Source: an uncultured Candidatus Saccharibacteria bacterium (lineage in GTDB: Bacteria; Patescibacteriota; Minisyncoccia; Phycocordibacterales; DSPV01). Taken from it: DNA of 64,000 nt. Location: the NCBI GenBank assembly GCA_964617735.1, contig CAZTXT010000001.1, forward strand, positions 138,338-202,337, written 5' to 3'. Positions 47,247 to 56,295 of the stretch are shown here, in pieces (position 1 is the stretch's first letter; each line of letters opens with the position of its first letter). The position numbers and the translations under genes were made by a program. Below the pieces are notes generated by a model that saw nothing but the letters and a program-made list of their open reading frames with translations, was not told the origin of the DNA and did not search any database.

Positions 47247-48363
47247 TCTCGCTCAGATAGTGGATGCGCCGCTTTGGGAAGGCACGAATGTCCTCTTGCG
47301 GCTCGATCTCAACGTCCCCTGCCAGGGAGGTCGGGTTGTCAACGATTATCGTATCAAGCGGGCGCTCCCAACCCTTCAATTCCTGATCGAGCGGAAATGC
47401 AAGACGGTCATCGTCAGTCATATCGAATCGGAGGGGAATGATACGCTGCTTCCGATATTCGATTATCTCAAAGAGCGCTGCGCGATTTCCTTCGCGCGAA
47501 CGCTCGATGAAGCGCAGCGTGTCAAAGACGGCCTTGCCGCGGGGGGAGTACTCTTACTTGAGAACATCCGGCAAGAGTCCGGAGAGAAAAAGAACGATCC
47601 GCTCCTCGCGCGTCGCCTCGCCGCGCTTGCCGATGTCTATATCAGCGACGCGTTCGCGGCGCTCCATCGAGCGCATGCTTCTATCGTTGGAGTTCCACGA
47701 TTGCTTCCCTCATTCGCCGGTTTCCTGGTCCTCGACGAGGTGCGCCATCTGTCGATAGCGCTTACCCCGCCTCGGCCGGCGGCGTTCATCATCGGAGGCG
47801 GAAAGATCGAAACGAAGCTTCCCTTGGTCTCGAAATTTCTTGATTCCTATGACCAGGTTTTCGTGGGCGGGGCGCTTGCCAATGACATATTCCGCGCGCA
47901 AGGGCTTTCCATAGGCGGGTCTTTAGTCAGTTCGATGCCGATCGACAACGCTATCGTGCACAAACCCAATCTCTCAATTCCTTCAGACGTTACTATATCC
48001 GATGGGACAAAGAGCGCTCTCGTCGATCTATCTCCCCTTGCACCATCGGCGCGCATTACCGATGCTGGCCCCCAAACGAATAATTTTCTGGCAACACTAG
48101 TCAATAAATCCGCGTTCGTGCTGTGGAATGGGCCGCTGGGAGAATATGAGAAAGGCTTTTCCGAGAGCACGGATTTTCTGGCTCGCGCGATCGCCACGAG
48201 CGGCGCTACGTCCGTACTCGGCGGAGGTGATACGATAGCTGCAGTTGAGAAACTCGGACTTTTAGATCGGTTCGGATTCGTCTCCACCGGTGGCGGCGCG
48301 ATGCTCGAGTTTTTGGACAAAGAAACCTTGCCTGGCTTGGAGGTGTTGAGAAAAAAGAGCTAG
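47233..48363 (+). CDS. pgk: Phosphoglycerate kinase
   Basis: RLDLNVP, LLENIR, DAF..HRAHAS, WNGPLG, GGGDT, STGGGA. Confidence 0.96.
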   Translation: MFYDDLAQIVDAPLWEGTNVLLRLDLNVPCQGGRVVNDYRIKRALPTLQFLIERKCKTVIVSHIESEGNDTLLPIFDYLKERCAISFARTLDEAQRVKDGLAAGGVLLLENIRQESGEKKNDPLLARRLAALADVYISDAFAALHRAHASIVGVPRLLPSFAGFLVLDEVRHLSIALTPPRPAAFIIGGGKIETKLPLVSKFLDSYDQVFVGGALANDIFRAQGLSIGGSLVSSMPIDNAIVHKPNLSIPSDVTISDGTKSALVDLSPLAPSARITDAGPQTNNFLATLVNKSAFVLWNGPLGEYEKGFSESTDFLARAIATSGATSVLGGGDTIAAVEKLGLLDRFGFVSTGGGAMLEFLDKETLPGLEVLRKKS

Positions 48364-48728
48364 CCTATCGCTTTGCGTATCCTCTCCGCATTCGCGGCAA
48401 GATCGCCCTTATCGCCCTTCACGCTATCGTTGGGGAATACCCAGATGTGGGCGTGCGGCACTTCGTCGCCGATTATTTTTGAAAGTATAAAGTCGGTTTC
48501 AAATGCTTTCTGCTGTGCCTTTGCGATTTTTCGAGCTATCTCGAAATACGCTCCGGCATTGGGTACATCCCAAACCCAGCGGTAGTGTTTTTTCGGGATG
48601 ACTTGCGTGTGCCCAGATGATTGCGGATGAATATCTAAAAACGCGAAGAAATTTTCGTCCTCGTATACTTTGTGGGAGGGTATCTCTCCACGGACGATTT
48701 TGCAAAAAATGCAATTTTTCTCTTCCAT
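48360..48728 (-). CDS. HIT family hydrolase
   Basis: CIFCKIV, FLDIHP, GHTQVIPK, VPHAHIW. Confidence 0.92.
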   Translation of the reverse strand: MEEKNCIFCKIVRGEIPSHKVYEDENFFAFLDIHPQSSGHTQVIPKKHYRWVWDVPNAGAYFEIARKIAKAQQKAFETDFILSKIIGDEVPHAHIWVFPNDSVKGDKGDLAANAERIRKAIG

Positions 48729-48785
48729 AAAGCATAGTATAGCAAAAGAAAAGGCCGACGACTCAAGAGTCGTCGGCCTGTAGCT

Positions 48786-49385
48786 CTATGCCAGAGCTCG
48801 AGCGATGATTCGGATCGCATTGAGCGTGATCCCGATGGCGGAGAGCATATTGAGCATCCCCTGCGACGGGGATTCGTTTTTTACGAAGATCATGCCGTAG
48901 GGTTGCTCATGGATCTCAATGACGGGGAGCACCGAGATATGCTCCGAAAAATTCTTTCGAAGTTCCTGACCCAATGGGCTTATCGGGTCGTTGGCTCCAA
49001 GTAAAAGCCTTATAGTCAGACTGTCATCTTCTATTGACTCCACTTCTTGTAGGGCGATTGCTTCTTTGTGGCAGGTGGTGAGCACGATACCGTAGCATAT
49101 CGAAAACGGATTCTCTTTGATTTGTATCTTGTTGCGCCACATTGCCTGGATGATTGCTTCCTGGATCTTTTGGCTTTGTGAGAGCAGTTCCCTGACGGTC
49201 GCAGTGGCTTGTGTCACTGCATTGTCGAGCCTTCTTGATGTCGCCTCCCGGTGGGCTTTATTTTGCCGTTCTCGTTCCTCCTCGACCCGTATGCGATGGG
49301 CGATGCTCTTGCGAGCTAACTGCAACTGAGAATCGAAGAGTTCATCCACACTAATAACTCGCCTTGTTGTAGGTTTTGTTTTCAT
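48786..49385 (-). CDS. Hypothetical protein (stand-alone cassette)
   Basis: AGAAAGGA SD; terminator AGGCCGACGACTC-AA-GAGTCGTCGGCCT downstream. Confidence 0.65.
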   Translation of the reverse strand: MKTKPTTRRVISVDELFDSQLQLARKSIAHRIRVEEERERQNKAHREATSRRLDNAVTQATATVRELLSQSQKIQEAIIQAMWRNKIQIKENPFSICYGIVLTTCHKEAIALQEVESIEDDSLTIRLLLGANDPISPLGQELRKNFSEHISVLPVIEIHEQPYGMIFVKNESPSQGMLNMLSAIGITLNAIRIIARALA

Positions 49386-49467
49386 AAAAGTCCTTTCTGA
49401 AGCAGTTCTATCTTAATTGTGCTGCCGGGTCAAGCCTGTTTTCACAGCGCAGTGTTATAATTTTCCC

Positions 49468-51165
49468 ATGACCTATCATGTGCGTGAGCCTATTTCCGAT
49501 TCAGCTGGGAGAGAACTAGGTGAGTATCCGGAACTTGTGAGGCATCTTCTCTATTATCGCGGTATTGCTGATGCAGGGCCAGCCAGAAATTTCCTAAACC
49601 CCGACTACAAGAAACATGTGCACGACCCGTTTTTGATGAAAGGAATGGAGACCGCGGTCGCGCGGGTACTTAAGGCGATAGCTGCGAACGAAAAGATGGT
49701 CGTCTACAGCGATTATGACGCCGACGGTGTCCCCGGAGGAGTTTTGATGTACGACTTTTTCAAGAGGATCGGCCATAAGAATTTCACAAGCTACATTCCG
49801 CACCGGCATGACGAAGGGTTCGGACTCAATCACGATGCGATAGAGAGTTTTGCGCACGATGGCGTGAAACTCATGATAACGGTTGACTGCGGGATCGCGG
49901 ACGTTGCCGAAGTCGCGCGTGCAAGAGTGCTTGGCATAGAGACCATTATCACTGACCACCACCTTCCGGGGCCGGATGGGATTCCCGACGCAGTTGCGGT
50001 GCTCGATCCCAAGCAGGAGAGCTGTCCGTATCCGTTCAAAGAACTCTGCGGAACCGGCGTTGCCTTCAAGCTTGTGCAAGGGCTCATTGCGCGTGGCGGT
50101 TTCTCCCTCGCAGAGGGATGGGAGAAGTGGCTTTTGGATCTTGTGGCGCTTGCGACGCTCTCTGACATGGTGCCGCTTATCGGTGAGAATCGCGCACTCG
50201 CGCATTTCGGGCTTCTGGTTCTTAGAAAATCCCCCCGTCCGGGCTTACAGCGATTGCTCCGCAAGGCGCAAGTCGATCAAAAATCCCTCACCGAAGATGA
50301 TGTGGTATTTTCTGTGACACCCAAACTCAATGCGGCTTCCCGAATGGGGTCTGCTGATGCGGCGTTCAAGCTGCTCTCAACGACCGACGAGCTCGATGCA
50401 GACTTTGCGGTAGAGGAGCTATGGCGGTTGAATGACGAGCGCAAAGGAATCGTCGGAAGTCTGGTACGGGAGATAAAAAAGATGTTGCAGGCTCGAACTC
50501 CTTCTGCCGTCATCGTTGCGGGCAATCCTGCGTGGCGGCCGTCTCTCTTAGGTCTTGCCGCGAATTCTTTATTGAAAGAACACGCACGGCCGGTATTTCT
50601 TTGGGGAAGAGACGGTGATGATCAGCTCAAAGGTTCGTGCCGCTCGGATGGTAGTGTCAGCGTTATGGATATCATGACGGAGGCGCGCACTGCGTTCGTA
50701 GAATACGGCGGCCACGCATTCTCCGGTGGATTCACGATTGTACCCGAACAGGTACATACGCTGGAAGAGAGGCTTAGTGCCGCGTGCATGAAAGTTGGTG
50801 CGAATGGAAGCGGAACGCAAGCACTGCTCGCGGATTCTCGATTCGCTCCTGACGAGGTAACCGGAGAGAATTACGAAGTGATACAAAAACTCGCGCCGTT
50901 CGGGCAAGGCAATCCGAAACCCATATTCCTCTTTGAGAATGTGACGGTGAAAAGCGCGCGAATGTTCGGCAAGGAGCGCAATCATTTGGAGATTCAGCTC
51001 CCGAAAAAAGACGGCAAAAACGTGAAAGCGATAAAATTCTTTGCAGAGGGCGAGGGCGCGCGAGTGCCGAAGTCCGGTGCGCGCCTCTCGCTCCTCGCCT
51101 CGCTTGAAAAATCCTCCTTCGGCGGCCGCACCGAGCTTCGCCTGCGCATCGTTGACTTTGTGTAA
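49468..51165 (+). CDS. recJ: Single-stranded DNA exonuclease RecJ
   Basis: DYDADG, TVDCG, TDHH, KLNAASR, KGSCRS, GGHAFSGG, LAPFGQGNP. Confidence 0.96.
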   Translation: MTYHVREPISDSAGRELGEYPELVRHLLYYRGIADAGPARNFLNPDYKKHVHDPFLMKGMETAVARVLKAIAANEKMVVYSDYDADGVPGGVLMYDFFKRIGHKNFTSYIPHRHDEGFGLNHDAIESFAHDGVKLMITVDCGIADVAEVARARVLGIETIITDHHLPGPDGIPDAVAVLDPKQESCPYPFKELCGTGVAFKLVQGLIARGGFSLAEGWEKWLLDLVALATLSDMVPLIGENRALAHFGLLVLRKSPRPGLQRLLRKAQVDQKSLTEDDVVFSVTPKLNAASRMGSADAAFKLLSTTDELDADFAVEELWRLNDERKGIVGSLVREIKKMLQARTPSAVIVAGNPAWRPSLLGLAANSLLKEHARPVFLWGRDGDDQLKGSCRSDGSVSVMDIMTEARTAFVEYGGHAFSGGFTIVPEQVHTLEERLSAACMKVGANGSGTQALLADSRFAPDEVTGENYEVIQKLAPFGQGNPKPIFLFENVTVKSARMFGKERNHLEIQLPKKDGKNVKAIKFFAEGEGARVPKSGARLSLLASLEKSSFGGRTELRLRIVDFV

Positions 51166-51197
51166 TTTCCCCGTAAGATTCTTTACAGGAGTTTTTT

Positions 51198-51446
51198 ATG
51201 ACTGTGAAAGTTTTTGTAGTTCCCCGTTCTAGGCTGAGGCATCCTGAAAGCGAGTTTATTTTGACGACACTGCAGCAGCTAGGTTTTTCCTCTTTCTTAA
51301 AACTCTCCATCGGAAGGCACTATGAGTTCCAAGTATCCGATAACGGTGAAGAAACCGAAGAAAGTTTTCGGAGAAAGATGGAGAAGTTTGTCCGCGATCG
51401 TCTTACCAATCACAACACCGAGGATTTCTCGATAGAAATTGAGTAG
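51198..51446 (+). CDS. purS: PurS-like protein
   Basis: VKVFVVPR..LRHPE..I..TLQQLGF...IGRHYE...LTNHNTEDFSIE follows the PurS pattern; own promoter TTGACT-16-TAAGAT, AGGAG SD and terminator. Confidence 0.65.
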   Translation: MTVKVFVVPRSRLRHPESEFILTTLQQLGFSSFLKLSIGRHYEFQVSDNGEETEESFRRKMEKFVRDRLTNHNTEDFSIEIE

Positions 51447-51512
51447 CAGCCCCCGAGGTTTAACTTGGGGGTTTTTACATCGACGCTCTTTCGTGATAGC
51501 GTCTGTAGAGAT

Positions 51513-51728
51513 GTGAGAAATCCTTCAAAAGGCAAGAAATCAGAGAGAAAAGTAAAATCCGCATACCCGACCTTACCAGAATGCAAATGGCTCACTTGTG
51601 TTCTCTGTGAGCGTAATCCAAGATTCTTTGAGATCGCAACAACTCCGTCACTACGCGCGGAGGTAGCGCTGGCCATTATCACGACATGGATAGGAATGAA
51701 AGGAGGCCGGTTGATCGTTGATCGATAG
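51513..51728 (+). CDS. Possible small hypothetical protein
   Basis: Fills the gap between two terminators; contains CxxxxCxxC; start uncertain (GTG 51513). Confidence 0.3.
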   Translation: MRNPSKGKKSERKVKSAYPTLPECKWLTCVLCERNPRFFEIATTPSLRAEVALAIITTWIGMKGGRLIVDR

Positions 51729-51786
51729 ACGTAAAGAACCCCGAGCGCTCGGGGTTCTTCTTTTTTCACGCTATAATCGTCTCATT

Positions 51787-52476
51787 GTGAATCAGGAAGA
51801 AAGGACAATCATTTTCACCGACGGTGCGTCAAAGGGGAACCCTGGTCCGGGTGGATGGGGAGCTATTATCCTCCAGGGAAGCGGTGTGGAAGAGTTTGGC
51901 GGGAGAGAGGAATATACGACGAACAACCGTATGGAGCTTAGGGCGGCCATCAGCGCGCTGGAACAAGTTCAGAATGCAAAATCAAAAGTAACGATCTTTT
52001 GCGATTCAGCTTACGTGGTCAAAGGCATCACCGAATGGATCGGCGGGTGGAAGAAGAAGGGCTGGATGACATCGCAGAAAAAAGAAGTTGAAAATCAGGA
52101 ACTGTGGCAGCAGCTTGATGAGCTTGCGCAAGGTTTGGATATACAGTGGCAACAGATCGCCGGGCATGCCGATACACCGGGCAATGCCCGGGTAGACGAG
52201 ATAGCCTCGGATTTTGCCGAAGGGAATATTCCCGATCTTTTTTCAGGTCCGCGTTTGCGCTACGGTATCGATCTTAACCTCATTGGAGGTGGAAAAAATC
52301 CGCGCAAGCGCGGGAGCGCCTATTCATATGTCTCGCTGGTCAATGGAGTAGTGCAGGTCCACCAAACATGGGAAGCATGCAAACGCCGCGTCGCCGGTGT
52401 CGCCAAGGCTCGTTTCAAGAAAGCGCTCTCGAGCGAAGACGAGCAGGCGATCATCGAGGAATTTAAGAAGACATAA
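51787..52476 (+). CDS. rnhA: Ribonuclease HI with a C-terminal hybrid-binding (viroplasmin-like) domain
   Basis: FTDGASKGNPGPGGWG, TTNNRMEL, DSAYV, GNARVD; C-terminal HQTWEACKRRVAG..ARFKK. Confidence 0.93.
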   Translation: MNQEERTIIFTDGASKGNPGPGGWGAIILQGSGVEEFGGREEYTTNNRMELRAAISALEQVQNAKSKVTIFCDSAYVVKGITEWIGGWKKKGWMTSQKKEVENQELWQQLDELAQGLDIQWQQIAGHADTPGNARVDEIASDFAEGNIPDLFSGPRLRYGIDLNLIGGGKNPRKRGSAYSYVSLVNGVVQVHQTWEACKRRVAGVAKARFKKALSSEDEQAIIEEFKKT

Positions 52477-52509
52477 AAGGACAGGCCCTGTCGGACCTGT
52501 CCTTGAGTA

Positions 52510-52836
52510 TCACTCTTTATCATAGAGTGCCTTTTCGAGTTGGTATTCCTCGTAACTGTTTTCTGTCTCGCATCCCGTGGCGATGTTGAATAGTATCTCT
52601 GCCCCTATCTCCGTAAGCCATAACCCCTTGTACCGTTCATCATCGTGCGGGTTGGACAGATAGGAATGTTCCTTGAGCCATTCCCTGCGCTCGCGCGTCG
52701 CTTTCACCAGCTTCTCCATCAATTCTCTGTGCTGTTCGCACAGTCGAGCATCGTTTCGCTTCCGTATCGTGGCGACGCCGTACGTGACGATAAAGATGGT
52801 CAGAATCTGCAGTAATAAGACATAATAAAAGAACAT
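52510..52836 (-). CDS. Small single-TM hypothetical protein (cassette)
   Basis: GGAGGT SD; N-terminal TM; terminator AAGGACAGG...CCTGTCCTT. Confidence 0.6.
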   Translation of the reverse strand: MFFYYVLLLQILTIFIVTYGVATIRKRNDARLCEQHRELMEKLVKATRERREWLKEHSYLSNPHDDERYKGLWLTEIGAEILFNIATGCETENSYEEYQLEKALYDKE

Positions 52837-52871
52837 AAACACCTCCGTGAAAATGCTACCATACAAGAGCC

Positions 52872-54533
52872 ATGCGCGAGAAGTGGTTTGAATGCATCGT
52901 CATCGGATTTGTCGCTGGAGTTTTCGCGCGCTCGTTTTTACCCGTCGGTTTTTCAGTGATCATTTTCCTACTCGTCATCTCTGGCACGAGTCTCATATAT
53001 GGATCGCTCTTTTCGCTCACTTCGAAACGCGATTTGTTCGCCCTCATCATCCCGCTGGTACTCTGCGCGTTTGCTGCCGGAGCGATCCGCTACGAGCTGT
53101 CGGAGCCGCGGACGCACCTGTTAACGCCCTATGTCAACACCACGATAGAAACCGAAGGTTTGATCGTTGCCGAACCCGATGAGCGTGAGAATTCGGTCCT
53201 CCTTACCGTTGAATTGCCCAAGCACGAGCGGGTACTTCTCATTGTCGATCGTTTTCCTCCGTATCGATACGGCGACCGGATAGCGATCTCTGGTGTCGTC
53301 AAAGAGCCCGAGAATTTCGATACGAATACGGGCGAGGAATTCGATTATCGTTCGTACCTTGCTAAAGACGGCATTTATTTTGAATTTATCCGCCCGGTGA
53401 TAACGCTTTTAAGTCGCGACGAGGGCTCTCCCCTCGTCGCGGCGCTCCTTAAATTCAAAGCGGCATTCTTGCGTCGCGCTGCCTTAGTCATCCCTGAACC
53501 GGAGAACAGCCTCCTCTCGGGCTTGGTGCTTGGGGAGAAGCATGGGTTGGGGAGCGACCTCACTGATGCGTTTCGAAAAGCGGGCCTGGTGCATGTGATC
53601 GTACTCTCCGGTTACAACCTTACCGTCGTCGCGAAAGCCATGCAGAGTTTCTTTCTCTATTTCTCTTTCATTCCACGCGGCTTAGCTACGAGCGCAGGAG
53701 CGGTCGGTATCATCCTTTTCACTATCATGTCCGGTAGTTCCGCTACGGCGGTGCGCGCCGCCATTATGGCGCTCATCGCGCTTCTGGCGAAGGTCATCGG
53801 GCGCGATTACGACATCCTCCGCGCCCTCTTGCTCGCAGGGTTTGTCATGGTTCTGCATAATCCGAAAGTGCTCACTTTCGATCCGTCCTTCCAGCTTAGT
53901 TTTCTCGCAACCCTAGGACTTATTTTTCTCTCTCCATTCTTCGAACGATGGCTTCGGTGGATCCCGAAGCGGTTTGGCTTGCGCGAGATCATCTCCGCGA
54001 CTCTTGCGACACAGCTTTTTGTTTTGCCGCGGATCATCAACCTCTCCGGTGCGGTTTCGGTGGTAGGTATCCTTGCGAACATCCTCGTCCTCCCCTTTAT
54101 TCCGGCGACGATGGGATTGGGCGCTCTTGCAGGGTTCTTAGGCTTTCTATCCCCCGCGCTCTCGATGCTCTCCGCGTATCTTGCCTATTTCCTTTTGCAT
54201 TACGAGATCGGCGTCGCGAAGTTTTTCGGCGGCCTTCCATTTGCGTCGATAGCGCTCCCGCATCTGCCCATCTGGGTCGTCGCGATAAGCTACGGGGCGC
54301 TCTCACTGTGGATCTTTCGTCTTTTCGGATCGCTTGCAAAAAGGAAAGCTCCTGCGTATGCTCTCCGCCAGAGCAAAGTTCGATTCAACGGAAACCACAA
54401 CGAAAGGAACATCGATGATGCATCAAGTATCCGACCCGGCTCCTCTAAAGACGCGGGGCAAGACGAAAGTGCTCACGCGAGAAGCGTTGTACACGATCGC
54501 AACGGCCCATCCTCCTCCCGAGATTCATCTTGA
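52872..54533 (+). CDS. comEC: ComEC/Rec2 DNA uptake channel (DUF4131 + Competence domain)
   Basis: FDYRSYL, GLVHVIVLSGYN, SATAVRAAIM, SFQLSFLAT. Confidence 0.93.
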   Translation: MREKWFECIVIGFVAGVFARSFLPVGFSVIIFLLVISGTSLIYGSLFSLTSKRDLFALIIPLVLCAFAAGAIRYELSEPRTHLLTPYVNTTIETEGLIVAEPDERENSVLLTVELPKHERVLLIVDRFPPYRYGDRIAISGVVKEPENFDTNTGEEFDYRSYLAKDGIYFEFIRPVITLLSRDEGSPLVAALLKFKAAFLRRAALVIPEPENSLLSGLVLGEKHGLGSDLTDAFRKAGLVHVIVLSGYNLTVVAKAMQSFFLYFSFIPRGLATSAGAVGIILFTIMSGSSATAVRAAIMALIALLAKVIGRDYDILRALLLAGFVMVLHNPKVLTFDPSFQLSFLATLGLIFLSPFFERWLRWIPKRFGLREIISATLATQLFVLPRIINLSGAVSVVGILANILVLPFIPATMGLGALAGFLGFLSPALSMLSAYLAYFLLHYEIGVAKFFGGLPFASIALPHLPIWVVAISYGALSLWIFRLFGSLAKRKAPAYALRQSKVRFNGNHNERNIDDASSIRPGSSKDAGQDESAHARSVVHDRNGPSSSRDSS

Positions 54534-54657
54534 GGGCGAGAGAACGTTTCGGGTCAATCAGATGGTGAATGATCCGGCCATACAGGCGTTTTTGATAGAA
54601 CACCGCCCCGGCGGTGTCATCAATATCAAGGGCTGTCTGCCGGCGTTCCACGGTTAA
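54415..54657 (+). CDS. Small hypothetical protein overlapping the comEC tail (cassette)
   Basis: TTGCAA-17-TATGCT promoter (54334-54362); GAAAGGA SD; terminator GCGGCCTCGCA-GGA-TGCGAGGCCGC. Confidence 0.55.
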   Translation: MMHQVSDPAPLKTRGKTKVLTREALYTIATAHPPPEIHLEGERTFRVNQMVNDPAIQAFLIEHRPGGVINIKGCLPAFHG

Positions 54658-54709
54658 GCCATATGGGGTAGATCGAAAAGCGGCCTCGCAGGATGCGAGG
54701 CCGCCCTTT

Positions 54710-55309
54710 TTATTCTCTCGCGTGCTCGAAATTTCTCTCGATAACGCCCCAATTCACGTTTTCAAAAAAGTCTTCCACGTATTGTTTTTTCCCGCTCGGT
54801 TGATAGTCCGCGATGTACGCATGCTCCCACATATCGAGCGCGAGCACGGTACGGGTGTCAGGCAGTTGACCGAGGTGTTGCTCGTCATGCCAGAAGGTAA
54901 TGAGTTGTTCTGATACGGGATCATAAACGAGCTTTGCCCAACCGATACCGCGCGTCAACGCCGTCGCTTTGAATCGCGCGAGCCAAGCATCAAATGACCC
55001 CCATTCTTGCCCGATCATTTCAAAAAGCGGTGAGTTTTTTGAAATTGATTTAGGGCCTTCTTCGAGAATTTTGAAATAGAATTCGTGGTTGCGTATGCCG
55101 CCGAATTCGAAGCTGAAACGACGCGTGATCTCTGAAAGCGAATATTTGCCGCCTTCATCAGCGGTCTTTCCGTACTGATCTATCATCGTCAAGATAAGAT
55201 TCGCGTTCTTCACATAGCCGGCGTAGAGCTTTAGATGTTCCTCGATATTTTTCTCCGAAATGCCTTTGAGCTTCGGAATGTTGAACTTCTGTTCCTCGAA
55301 TTTTTTCAT
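54710..55309 (-). CDS. sod: Fe/Mn superoxide dismutase
   Basis: EEHLKLYAGYV, NHEFYF, GIGWA, LDMWEHAY (H-H-D-H ligands). Confidence 0.92.
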   Translation of the reverse strand: MKKFEEQKFNIPKLKGISEKNIEEHLKLYAGYVKNANLILTMIDQYGKTADEGGKYSLSEITRRFSFEFGGIRNHEFYFKILEEGPKSISKNSPLFEMIGQEWGSFDAWLARFKATALTRGIGWAKLVYDPVSEQLITFWHDEQHLGQLPDTRTVLALDMWEHAYIADYQPSGKKQYVEDFFENVNWGVIERNFEHARE

Positions 55310-55389
55310 CGTTGTCTTTATTTAAATTTTCACTCTGATAATGCCCCGCTAAAGTATAGCAAATCGACTTGTAGGGTATACTTTCTTCA

Positions 55390-56256
55390 ATGAAGAATCT
55401 TAAGCAGCGCGCACAGTGGTGGCTTCTCGGTTTGCTTGCCGTTGCCGCCCTTTTCGCTTTCTACGTCTCGCATGCACAGGATAGTCGGGGGCTTCTGAAA
55501 GTCTCTTTTCTCGACATCGGCCAAGGGGACGCTATTTTTATCGAAGCGCCCAACGGTAGGCAGATCCTCCTCGATGGCGGGCCGGGGAGTTCTGTTCTGC
55601 GACGGCTTTCCCAGGTTATGCCGTTCTATGATCGCTCGATCGATGCGCTTATTGTCTCAAATCCGGACAAAGATCACTTCGCGGGATTTCTGGACGTACT
55701 CGATCGCTATACGGTGAGATATATCATTGAACCGGGGACTATCAGTACCACCGCGGTCTACCATGCATTCCGCGCGCTAGTGCAAAAAGAAAATCTGCCG
55801 ACGTTTCTGCTTAGGACGGGGGATCGCATCGTCTTAGATCGGAAACGAGGTGTGGTGCTCGATGTGCTCTTCCCGGATCGCGACGTATCCGAACTTTCCA
55901 TAAACGACGGGTCACTGGTCGCGAAGCTCTCTTACGGAAACACATGCGTGATGCTCATGGGGGATTCAACACAAGGTGTTGAAGAATATCTCGTGCACCT
56001 CTTTGGGCCACAGCTTCAGTGCCAAGTCCTCAAAGCCGGACATCACGGCTCGCGTACATCCACGTCGCCGGTCTTCGTCGCCGACGTCAAGCCCACTTTT
56101 GCCGTCATCTCCGACGGATTGAACAATAAATACGGACACCCGCATCAAGAAACTTTGGATACGCTCAAGAAGTTTAACGTGCAGATTTTGCGCACCGACG
56201 AACTCGGTACCATTACGCTCGCAAGCGACGGTCAGGATTTCTGGGTCAAAAAATAG
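55390..56256 (+). CDS. ComEC C-terminal-type metallo-beta-lactamase-fold protein
   Basis: FLDIGQGDA, LLDGG, SNPDKDHFAG, NDGSLV, LKAGHHGS, YGHPH. Confidence 0.92.
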   Translation: MKNLKQRAQWWLLGLLAVAALFAFYVSHAQDSRGLLKVSFLDIGQGDAIFIEAPNGRQILLDGGPGSSVLRRLSQVMPFYDRSIDALIVSNPDKDHFAGFLDVLDRYTVRYIIEPGTISTTAVYHAFRALVQKENLPTFLLRTGDRIVLDRKRGVVLDVLFPDRDVSELSINDGSLVAKLSYGNTCVMLMGDSTQGVEEYLVHLFGPQLQCQVLKAGHHGSRTSTSPVFVADVKPTFAVISDGLNNKYGHPHQETLDTLKKFNVQILRTDELGTITLASDGQDFWVKK

Positions 56257-56295
56257 GAGCTCCGAAGGAGCTCCTAGTGTTTTCGTTCGCAGATT

